A DNA stretch of 19,202 nt from the IMG/VR virus record IMGVR_UViG_2565956716_000004; one strand, given 5' to 3'. Shown here piece by piece: positions 8,769-16,039 of the stretch (position 1 is its first letter; every line of letters begins with the position of its first letter). The position numbers and the translations under genes were made by a program. The notes under the pieces are model-generated. The model had not been told where the DNA came from and ran no database searches. It saw only the letters and a program-made list of their open reading frames with translations. The DNA comes from a virus (lineage: Duplodnaviria > Heunggongvirae > Uroviricota > Caudoviricetes).

Positions 8769-9095
8769 CTACCCCAGATGAGTAATCCGAAGTTCATCCA
8801 TACCACAGGTCCTGGCTATTCTGTTGTACTCCTGAACAAGAGCAAATAATTCTGAATTAGCAACCATGAACTCATCGCAAACCCTCTGTATAGCATCACT
8901 ATTCAGAATAATAACGTCTCTTCCCGAAAGACGATCAGGAGCACAGAACAAAACTGTCAAACGGCTGAAGGCCTTTGCTCGTGCTGCATTGACTATATCA
9001 ATACGCTGCCTAAGGATGAAACACCCCGACGCCTCATCAATATTCACTCTACCCACACCATATGAATGATAAATATTTAATGCTGAAAAAACCAT
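8769..9095 (-). CDS. Hypothetical protein in the moron slot downstream of the prophage tRNAs
   Basis: ORF with ATG at 9093-9095 (alternative TTG at 9122), TAG at 8769-8771, no convincing Shine-Dalgarno. Product MVFSALNIYHSYGVGRVNIDEASGCFILRQRIDIVNAARAKAF. No family recognised. Confidence 0.35.
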   Translation of the reverse strand: MVFSALNIYHSYGVGRVNIDEASGCFILRQRIDIVNAARAKAFSRLTVLFCAPDRLSGRDVIILNSDAIQRVCDEFMVANSELFALVQEYNRIARTCGMDELRITHLG

Positions 9096-9232
9096 TAGAC
9101 CGTATAACAAACACTCAATCAATACTTAACAGAACTTTTATTTTTGACAAACATATAATGTTTTCAACAATATCCTGAGCCAGGTATATTCCAGTATAAG
9201 GCTCTGCCGGAAGGAATCTGGAAGAATGAATA

Positions 9233-9309
9233 TGGCGCGCTGTACTGGATTCGAACCAGTGACCGATTGCTTAGAAGGCAATTGCTCTGTCCGGCTGAGC
9301 TAACAACGC
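9233..9309 (-). tRNA. tRNA-Arg (anticodon UCU)
   Basis: Reverse complement folds as a cloverleaf: acceptor GCGTTGT/ACAGCGC, anticodon stem ATTGC/GCAAT with loop CTTCTAA (anticodon TCT), T-loop GGTTCGAATCC, 3' CCA encoded (9233-9235). Confidence 0.85.
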
Positions 9310-9343
9310 TGAATACCGATAATGGACCGCCATCGGGGACCCG

Positions 9344-9359
9344 CCCCCCCCCCCCCCCC
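9344..9359. repeat. Homopolymeric C16 tract (G16 on the minus strand) between the two tRNA genes
   Basis: Sixteen consecutive C at 9344-9359, read directly from the sequence. Confidence 0.9.
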
Positions 9360-9420
9360 GCACCAACAACCCTGTTATCGTGTCGTCTGCTCTTCCTGAT
9401 AAGCTCATGGCGGTTTGTGA

Positions 9421-9496
9421 TGGTGGCCCTTGCTGGATTTGAACCAGCGACCTGGCGATTATGAGTCGCTCGCTCTCACCACTGAACTAAAGGACC
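9421..9496 (-). tRNA. tRNA with anticodon CAU (Met/Ile2-lysidine type, ileZ-like)
   Basis: Reverse complement: acceptor GGTCCTT/AAGGGCC, anticodon loop CTCATAA (anticodon CAT), T-loop GGTTCAAATCC, 3' CCA encoded (9421-9423). Confidence 0.85.
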
Positions 9497-9531
9497 GGGA
9501 GCAGAATAATAACGGTCCGTAATTAATTCCG

Positions 9532-9559
9532 CAATAAAAAACCCGCTCGGTGGCGGGTT
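9532..9559 (-). terminator. tR'-like rho-independent terminator downstream of the late promoter
   Basis: Stem aacccgc (9540-9546) / gcgggtt (9553-9559), 6-nt loop. On the minus strand followed by UUUUUAUU (plus-strand A-run 9536-9540). Confidence 0.6.
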
Positions 9560-9606
9560 GTAGAAACTCTTCTAACGTCAGGTATAAAAAGCCCATCTTT
9601 ATGACG

Positions 9607-9634
9607 AATTTACCACAGATTCCGGAAAAATCAA
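9607..9634 (-). promoter_or_regulatory. PR'-like late promoter immediately downstream of Q
   Basis: On the minus strand: -35 TTGATT (9629-9634), 16-nt spacer, extended -10 TGGTAAATT (9607-9615). Lies between the Q stop (9640) and the terminator, as for lambda PR'/qut/tR'. Confidence 0.45.
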
Positions 9635-9639
9635 CCTTG

Positions 9640-10461
9640 TTACCTAGTTACCTTTTTTAACTGCCGCTCAGCCCATGCTTCTTCAATATCAAACCGGGTC
9701 ACCAGCGCATCATAGAATTTCTTAACTGTTTTTTCCCATGACGCGCGTGTTATCTGGTTTGTCACCTCGCATATAGCATTAAATGCCTCCGTTGATGGTA
9801 GTCTTTCATAGCCACGACCACCACAACGCTGGCAGTCTCTGATAACAGGCATACCACGTTTTACCGACTCTTCACGGTGAATGGCGACACCACGCCCACG
9901 GCAATCCTTACAGGCGGTGGAAACCTCACCCTTTCCGCCACACTCCGGACAGGCAACTTTTACCACCTCCCTGACTTTTTTCCATTCTTCCCAGTAAGAC
10001 GGATACACACCTTTCGTACACTTTGCCCATACCGGCGGCTTACCATCCGGATACTGGACCTTGTTTGTAAAAACTACGCTTTCAATAAATTTTTCCCCAT
10101 AGCAACAAGGGCACTGCTTTTTACTCGCTGCGCTGCGGGCATAATCCTCAAAAGCGTACGAAGCCATAATGCGCATCACTAACGGTTTTATTTCTGCCGG
10201 AAGTTTTCTCAACGCCGCCACACGATCGCACCGACTGAGTGCATAATCTGCCAGTAATTCTGTTGCCCGCGCCCTGTCATTCATACTGATGCCCATTTTC
10301 CCCAGGAACGCAGAAAACCCCATCTCAGCCCGATTCTGTGTCATGCCCTGCGCGGCCATCACATCAGTGATACTCAGCGCATCTTTTGACGTTGAGGCCG
10401 ATGCATCGGTCAGGCAAGGGGATTTTGGGGAGTAGTATTTCGGTAAATCTTCCAGTTTCAT
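9640..10461 (-). CDS. Late-gene antiterminator Q (phage 82/21-type, QuuQ-like)
   Basis: 273-aa product with three DnaJ-type CxxCxGxG zinc-finger motifs (CPECGGKG, CKDCRGRG, CQRCGGRG). ATG overlaps the rusA TGA as ATGA. Position upstream of PR' and the lysis genes. Confidence 0.8.
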   Translation of the reverse strand: MKLEDLPKYYSPKSPCLTDASASTSKDALSITDVMAAQGMTQNRAEMGFSAFLGKMGISMNDRARATELLADYALSRCDRVAALRKLPAEIKPLVMRIMASYAFEDYARSAASKKQCPCCYGEKFIESVVFTNKVQYPDGKPPVWAKCTKGVYPSYWEEWKKVREVVKVACPECGGKGEVSTACKDCRGRGVAIHREESVKRGMPVIRDCQRCGGRGYERLPSTEAFNAICEVTNQITRASWEKTVKKFYDALVTRFDIEEAWAERQLKKVTR

Positions 10462-10832
10462 TTTTTGACCTGCTCTTCATGCATTATGGGGTAAATCTTC
10501 ACCCCCATACGTCCACCAGATACTGGCTGACCACGAACGATATTGATTTCATCAAACTGCTCATCGTCCATTAACACTCCCGCATGCGTCAGCGCATCCA
10601 GCGGTGCTTTAAGGATATTGTCCAGGTCGCGACGACGCTTATCCGGTGGCTCTGCAATCACCTTTATCGCCAGCCTTCCGGACAGGCTTAATTTCAGCCG
10701 CTGCTGGCGAACAATAAGCGCCACAGCCCGGCGATAACGCTTTCCCTCCTCCGAGATAAAATATGTGCTGCCACGGCGTCGCCAGTAAGTGTTCACCGTC
10801 GGCGGGTAAGGTAAAACCAAATCTATGAGCAT
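10458..10832 (-). CDS. rusA: Holliday-junction resolvase RusA
   Basis: 124-aa product with a RusA signature (PPDKRRRDLDNILKAPLDALTHAGVLMDDEQ). Located in the nin region immediately upstream of Q. Confidence 0.85.
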   Translation of the reverse strand: MLIDLVLPYPPTVNTYWRRRGSTYFISEEGKRYRRAVALIVRQQRLKLSLSGRLAIKVIAEPPDKRRRDLDNILKAPLDALTHAGVLMDDEQFDEINIVRGQPVSGGRMGVKIYPIMHEEQVKK

Positions 10833-10844
10833 CAGTCACCTCTT

Positions 10845-11894
10845 TTACCCAAGCACGCCAGTTGCAAAGGCGTGATCAAGAAAACGAAAGATTAAATCAA
10901 CCTGAGAACCATGCTTTTCTTCGAACGCCAGCGGATCCGCATGAAGCTCGTTGTGATGCTCCCGACACAGCGGTAGCGTGAAAATATCGTGAGATTTTGT
11001 CCCCATTCCGCCCTGACCATGACCAATCAGGTGATGGGGATCGTCGGCTGGCTTACCACAACACGCACACGGCTGTGTCTTCACCCAGCGTGTGTATTTC
11101 TCGTTAACCCAGCGGCGACGTTTAGGTCGTTTCATAAAAGATTCCGGAGACTCAGGATCAACGGCAATGCTTACCACCGTCTTTTCCTGTAGTGGGTGTT
11201 GTTCCTGGTGGGCGTGAGGCAACAGTGCAAGATTTTTTGTGCGCTGTTTCAGTATGCTGGTGGCGGTCTGCTCTCCCGGTACGATGTCGCTTTCACGGTA
11301 CATTGAGCGGATTTTTTCCGCACGCAACCCCAGCGAACGACGTAATACCGCTTCCGGTAGCGCGTCCGCCACCTGATTGCGGACCGCCCACCAGGATAAT
11401 TCAGCCAGAGATAATTCACGCTCCTGCGTACCGCTTATTGCGTGACCGATGACGTCAATCATCCATGCTGACAGGTTTTGATGAGCAACTTGCTCGAGTG
11501 ATTCGGATGTCTGGTCACGCAGCTGGTTGTCGCAGTGCCAGCACAACACCATTGCGCCGGTACCATAACGGTGAATGACGGTTTCGCTGTGATGATAATC
11601 GCCGTGTGGCCACTGGCAGGATTTAATATGGCGCAACAGCCAGTCAGACAATGCACCAGCACCACCAGCAGCACGAATCACCCGTGCGTTACTGAAAAAC
11701 GGCAGCAATGTTTTGTCTTCCACCAGCGGCTGGCGAGCGGCAGGAACGACCCCGGACGGCAGATTACGCATGCTTTTCGGTTCCGGCTCCACCAGTAACC
11801 GGGTATTGTGGAATACCGGCATGGATTCACGGCCCGGCTTAACGATCACCAGCCCGAGTTCCGGTACCAGAACAGGTCGAAGTAATACCCGCAC
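10845..11894 (-). CDS. ydfU: DUF968 family phage protein (YdfU-like) with C-terminal HNH-like Cys/His motifs
   Basis: 349-aa ORF, GTG at 11892-11894 with GGAGG 4 nt upstream. C-terminus CACCGKPADDPHHLIGHGQGGMGTKSHDIFTLPLCREHHNELH. Same length and position as Qin YdfU as I recall it. Confidence 0.7.
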   Translation of the reverse strand: MRVLLRPVLVPELGLVIVKPGRESMPVFHNTRLLVEPEPKSMRNLPSGVVPAARQPLVEDKTLLPFFSNARVIRAAGGAGALSDWLLRHIKSCQWPHGDYHHSETVIHRYGTGAMVLCWHCDNQLRDQTSESLEQVAHQNLSAWMIDVIGHAISGTQERELSLAELSWWAVRNQVADALPEAVLRRSLGLRAEKIRSMYRESDIVPGEQTATSILKQRTKNLALLPHAHQEQHPLQEKTVVSIAVDPESPESFMKRPKRRRWVNEKYTRWVKTQPCACCGKPADDPHHLIGHGQGGMGTKSHDIFTLPLCREHHNELHADPLAFEEKHGSQVDLIFRFLDHAFATGVLG

Positions 11895-11895
11895 G

Positions 11896-12174
11896 TTACC
11901 TCCAGATGCGTTGCTGGAATGTGTGGGACGGACGCGGTGGGCGTTCGGAGTAAGGCAATCTGACTGAGATTATCCAGTGACGGTAGTCGAGGCTAAGGGC
12001 TTTTTTAACCTCGTATCCGCGCCTGCGGTAACACTGAATTATCCATTCAGCCTGCTCTTCAGTGCATGGTGGATGCTGGAACCAGTCCGATTTGAATGCA
12101 TGAAAACGCCGTCCGCACCTGCTGGCAAAGACGGCAGAATCATCAGAATTGTGTAATTTGGTATCGTGCGCCAT
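11896..12174 (-). CDS. Hypothetical phage protein (92 aa from the internal ATG), translationally coupled to the DUF968 gene
   Basis: ORF stops at 11896-11898, 1 nt before the DUF968 start. Start taken as the Met of MAHDTKLHNSDD. The longer ORF to 12285 is less likely. No family recognised. Confidence 0.4.
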   Translation of the reverse strand: MAHDTKLHNSDDSAVFASRCGRRFHAFKSDWFQHPPCTEEQAEWIIQCYRRRGYEVKKALSLDYRHWIISVRLPYSERPPRPSHTFQQRIWR

Positions 12175-12540
12175 CGGTTGTCTCTGCTGGCGCAGCAGGT
12201 GCCAGTTGTTCAGGCTGGCGTATAAAGTATAAATAAACTGGTTCCAGTGTAAAGCCCCTACATTAATGGAATAAAAGTCAAACAACAGATTGTTGGGATA
12301 AACACAACGCTTATTATTAAAAGCGATTAGATAAATTAAATTTTAATGTTATGCAATTTTACCAGATCACCATAACATCTCGTTTGAAACCACCAAAACA
12401 ACAACCATATCAATTTTGATTATGTTAAAGTGAGTAAATATGGAAAACAACAAATCTGCACATTACGCTCCTTTTTTATCTGTGATACTTTTTGTTTTAT
12501 GCTGTGTGTGGGCATTATTTTTATAAAAATATTTACAGAT

Positions 12541-12564
12541 AAAATAAACCCGCCGAAGCGGGTT
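12541..12564 (-). terminator. Rho-independent terminator downstream of hok (minus strand)
   Basis: Stem aacccgc (12547-12553) / gcgggtt (12558-12564), loop cgaa. On the minus strand followed by a U-run (plus-strand aaaata 12541-12546). Confidence 0.5.
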
Positions 12565-12632
12565 AAGTGCGGGTGCATTGAGGATGCCTGACACATCAGA
12601 GGTGGCGAGGGATTTCTCCCTCGCCTGGTCTC

Positions 12633-12788
12633 TTACTCCTCAGGTTCGTAAGCTGTGAAGACAGCGACCTCCGTCTGGCCGGTTCGGAGTCGTACCTCGC
12701 AGAGGTCTTTCCTCGTTACCAGTGCCGTCACTATGACGGTTAAACAGATGACGATCAGGGCGATTAACATCGCCTTTTGCTGCTTCAT
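12633..12788 (-). CDS. hok: Hok-family type I toxin (HokD/RelF-like)
   Basis: 51-aa product MKQQKAMLIALIVICLTVIVTALVTRKDLCEVRLRTGQTEVAVFTAYEPEE, near-identical to E. coli HokD as I recall it. ATG at 12786-12788. The upstream in-frame extension to 12845 is an ORF-finder artefact or mok-like overlap. Confidence 0.88.
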   Translation of the reverse strand: MKQQKAMLIALIVICLTVIVTALVTRKDLCEVRLRTGQTEVAVFTAYEPEE

Positions 12789-13405
12789 AGCCTGCTTCTC
12801 CTTGCCTTTCGGCACGTAAGAGGCTAACCTACATGTGTCTAGCATGAAATTGGCCTCAGATTAATGTTAAGCGTCTTGCAGGACGCGTAATGTTAACTGG
12901 GGCTTTTCTCTATCTGCCTTTGGTGTTCATGCCTGAGGCAGATAGCCTCAAGCACCCGCAGCAATTCTACTTAACTCACGTCACCTCGCCAATATAAAAT
13001 CAATCAGAAAGGCGATCCGTAAGAACAACAGCAAGACAATAAATTGCCATTACAGCCGCAATAGCTAGCGCACATTTGAGAACCAGCACGACAACCTCCT
13101 GTATTGGACGTACACCAGTCCTGATAAATATGAGGCTGTCTCATCATTGATTCAATATAACTATTGGGTATAGTTTCTGTGATTTTGTTCTGTAGAAATG
13201 GAACACAACAACCAGTCACCACCAGCACTTCTTTAAATACGCCAAGTCCGACGCAAGCTAACCTTCTAGTCCGCTTTGAGCGATCTGTAGACATTGCTAG
13301 CAGCCTTCTGTGTGAATTCTCAGGGAGCAGGTCGGCATAGCATCACGTTGAGGCTCTTACCCTACTTGTTGACACCAACCCTAACTCCACAGACTGATTC
13401 ATAAA

Positions 13406-14407
13406 TTAGTAATCTGCGTATTTCGCACTTTTCAGAAATGCTTTCATATTTTCATTAGGTCGCTCAATTTCGAAGTTACTTCCATATAACTCTTGTAATT
13501 TTGGCCATAACTTACTTAATAACCCTCTCCTGCGATAAAATGGATGTATCCAAACGGTAGATAGGTACGGAGAATTTGCATTTGAATTGTTTATTGTGAC
13601 CAGCCCAACTAAACATTGTCGATAACCACTATTATCCATTGATTGTATTTCTTCGACGAATGGATACGCGATTACATCAGTCCAACCATGATCGGTTGTA
13701 TCCCATTGCATTCCGTCATGACATTCCTTCGACTGATAGCGGCGTAAAGCTACACACGCGAGCTTTTGCCAATCTGGAGAATTAATTGTGATCTCTTCAT
13801 CGTATGACGCGCCTATTGGAGCGGGTATTGGTCTGATTAATCCAGCATGGCATTCATCATAGAACTTCATGTTTCCCTCAGAAACGTTGTGTACGTTGGG
13901 TTGCTCCATGTGTGCGCCATTCAAAAATAGCTCTGATAGTAGTGTATCTACACTGTAATCTTTATTGATTATTGTCGGCTTAGAGTTTTTCTTATTAAGG
14001 CCGCGAGTAACGATTTTTTGATCAATGTTAACAACATGGAATAATCCGTCGGGGAGACTAGCGAACCACGATGGGGCATCGGACCAGAATAGCATGCCTT
14101 TTGTACTTCTTAAGAGTTTAATTAAGTTAATACAAGCTTCTTCACTAGTCTTGCCGTTGATGCGAAGTATGTTAGGACTAAAGTAATATTCATCCATATC
14201 AGGGAATGCAGCTTCGCAAAACTCCTGTACATAATTTAGCACCTGGATTCTACAGAGATCATCATAGCTGGTAATAACTAAGGGGATATCTTCATTACTA
14301 TTATGATTATCAATAATGCAATCTATAGCGAGACTTACTGCTTTGCGTATCACTTCAGTTGAATCTAACGACTCTAAAAATTTTGTCTTTCGTGTGCGAA
14401 TATCCAT
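13406..14407 (-). CDS. Cargo gene B: 333-aa protein with an unassigned N-terminal region and a GNAT-like acetyltransferase motif near the C-terminus
   Basis: ATG at 14405-14407, TAA at 13406-13408, 15 nt downstream of gene A. Residues ~285-301 (VWIHPFYRRRGLLSKLW) resemble GNAT motif A (RimI-type V-x-P-x-x-Q/R-R-R-G-x-G/A). AT-richer than the flanking phage genes. Confidence 0.65.
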   Translation of the reverse strand: MDIRTRKTKFLESLDSTEVIRKAVSLAIDCIIDNHNSNEDIPLVITSYDDLCRIQVLNYVQEFCEAAFPDMDEYYFSPNILRINGKTSEEACINLIKLLRSTKGMLFWSDAPSWFASLPDGLFHVVNIDQKIVTRGLNKKNSKPTIINKDYSVDTLLSELFLNGAHMEQPNVHNVSEGNMKFYDECHAGLIRPIPAPIGASYDEEITINSPDWQKLACVALRRYQSKECHDGMQWDTTDHGWTDVIAYPFVEEIQSMDNSGYRQCLVGLVTINNSNANSPYLSTVWIHPFYRRRGLLSKLWPKLQELYGSNFEIERPNENMKAFLKSAKYADY

Positions 14408-14422
14408 GTATGACCTGCGCTA

Positions 14423-15385
14423 TTAAAATTCATGAATGAACGGTTTGTCATCTGGTTGCAAAATGGTGGTTTTATTCGTTGCTACATTTAAACTGTTGTA
14501 GAGCATAATTGCCAGGTTCGATGCATTTTCAATCAGCGTTTCAAGATCCTGGTCTGTAATCACTACGAGGTTCCCTTCTTTATCCTTTCCACCACGATGC
14601 ACTAAGTGATTTCGATTGAGGGTTGCCAATTCAATAGCTTCTATCGGACAGTCTTTTTGTACTTTTATATCGAATGTAGCTTCATAGCGGTCGATTACCT
14701 TTTTAGTGCTATGCCAGCTTGCACTGATCAAGTGTTCCTTGATTGACCTGATTAGCTCTCCCCTAATTTTCTCGATGGGTTCACCCTTGAAAGGCAACGC
14801 AGCAATATCTTTGCTTACTTTAAATTCAGTCTTACCTTTTTCTATACAATTGGCTATGTAGACATCATCTTTCTCTATAGAATTAATGAATAGCTCAACA
14901 TAAAGCGTTTCCAAAGCTGTAATAACATTCGTGTAGAGCAAACTAAGCAAGTGGTTTTTTTGCTGTTGTTCAGTTTTATCTTTTGCAAGTTTTTTTATTT
15001 TATCGATATTATCAATGAATTTTAAATACGGATTACCGGAAGACGTTACAGCGTCGTAGATATCATCATCGTACCAATCATCTATATTATTTGAGTTTCC
15101 AGACCAGTCAAAACATTGTGTTTGTAATTCATCTACTAATTCCTCAATATACTCAGATTTAACATATTGACCGAAGATGGATTGTAGTTCTTCGCTCGCA
15201 TCATACGGCCCGCCATATATGTAAGCATAGCCACCTTCTCTACTTTCATACGGACAAGCATTTGCCGGATCTTCAAAGTTTTCAAAGAACCAGTTTTTCA
15301 TTACTTCGAGTTGATCTTTTTTGCTTATGTATTTTAAAGATTTTAGTGGAACTTTCTTTCCATTAACCTCGAAAACAATTTTCAC
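14423..15385 (-). CDS. Cargo gene A: 321-aa protein with a HEPN-like Rx4H motif (RNHLVH, ~residues 259-264)
   Basis: Start assigned to GTG (15383-15385) with AGGGAG (15395-15400) 9 nt upstream. The supplied ORF extension to 15535 overlaps the promoter and is rejected. AT-rich: sampled 60-nt windows are about 32-40% GC by hand count, against about 55% in the adjacent replication gene. Confidence 0.65.
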   Translation of the reverse strand: MKIVFEVNGKKVPLKSLKYISKKDQLEVMKNWFFENFEDPANACPYESREGGYAYIYGGPYDASEELQSIFGQYVKSEYIEELVDELQTQCFDWSGNSNNIDDWYDDDIYDAVTSSGNPYLKFIDNIDKIKKLAKDKTEQQQKNHLLSLLYTNVITALETLYVELFINSIEKDDVYIANCIEKGKTEFKVSKDIAALPFKGEPIEKIRGELIRSIKEHLISASWHSTKKVIDRYEATFDIKVQKDCPIEAIELATLNRNHLVHRGGKDKEGNLVVITDQDLETLIENASNLAIMLYNSLNVATNKTTILQPDDKPFIHEF

Positions 15386-15418
15386 GATGTAACGCTCCCT
15401 TGTATCAATTGCGCAACT

Positions 15419-15427
15419 ATTATACCA
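15419..15427 (-). promoter_or_regulatory. Extended -10 promoter element (TGGTATAAT) for the cargo operon
   Basis: Minus strand reads TGGTATAAT about 30 nt upstream of the GTG start. No strong -35, which is consistent with extended -10 promoters. Confidence 0.4.
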
Positions 15428-15576
15428 CAGCGAAATACAGGGCATAACCTGCCTCCTTAAACTAACATACCATGAGCCAGCAATGTCCGCTATTGGCACA
15501 AAGCGGACAACCACGCTAGCTCTACCCTGTGCCACAAAATGTCAATTTGCATCTGAACTAATGCACTTTAATCTCG

Positions 15577-15999
15577 TCACTTCAATAAATACCGAACATC
15601 ACCCTGATAAAACGACAATATGCGCTGCATAACTTCACTCTTCCGGCACTCGCGACAGATTATGTTCTGACGCCTGTCGTAGCGACGTATTTCTCCGTCA
15701 GGTAATGACCAGATAAGGTCCGGATCAACCGCAGATGGTTTCTTCAGCTTTGCCCTTGAGAGCTTTTTACGGGCATTTTGCCAGTCCTTACGCGCCTGTT
15801 CAGACGGGAATAACCCGTAACCAGAGTTGCATACATCGCCGCTGGCAACCAGCTCTCTTGCGAGAACGCTCATCAGATATCTTGTCGCACCTGTCTTGAC
15901 TTCCAGTTGCCGTAACGTCTCACGCCCACTCTGGCGTACGAGTTCAACAACCTGTCCTTTAATTTTTTCCCGCTCTTCTTGTGTAAAAACTTTTGCCAC
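15577..15999 (-). CDS. Hypothetical phage protein (140 aa) downstream of the replication initiator gene
   Basis: GTG at 15997-15999 with AGGAGG 4-5 nt upstream. Basic product (MAKVFTQEEREKIKGQVVELVRQSGRETLRQLEVKTGATRYL, Cys pair CRECRK). No family recognised. Confidence 0.55.
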   Translation of the reverse strand: MAKVFTQEEREKIKGQVVELVRQSGRETLRQLEVKTGATRYLMSVLARELVASGDVCNSGYGLFPSEQARKDWQNARKKLSRAKLKKPSAVDPDLIWSLPDGEIRRYDRRQNIICRECRKSEVMQRILSFYQGDVRYLLK

Positions 16000-16039
16000 A
16001 AGCCCTCCTGAAAATTACCTCATGACCAGAAATTAACAC

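Noticed and set aside
9310-9420. Possible third tRNA between the two tRNA genes
   Set aside because: No T-loop (GGTTCRANYCC) or acceptor-stem pairing could be found on either strand.
10543-11967. Multiple 64-87-aa ORFs nested in rusA and the DUF968 gene
   Set aside because: Alternate-frame or antisense artefacts within GC-rich coding sequence.
13004-13294. 96-aa minus-strand ORF between hok and the cargo operon
   Set aside because: Cys-rich, low-complexity translation with no ribosome-binding site and no protein-like features. More likely non-coding or hok/sok leader and decayed sequence.
14423-15535. Long (370-aa) version of cargo gene A starting at ATG 15535
   Set aside because: The upstream 50 codons overlap the TGGTATAAT promoter and inverted repeat, are not AT-rich like the rest of the gene, and there is a strong AGGGAG plus GTG start at 15385.
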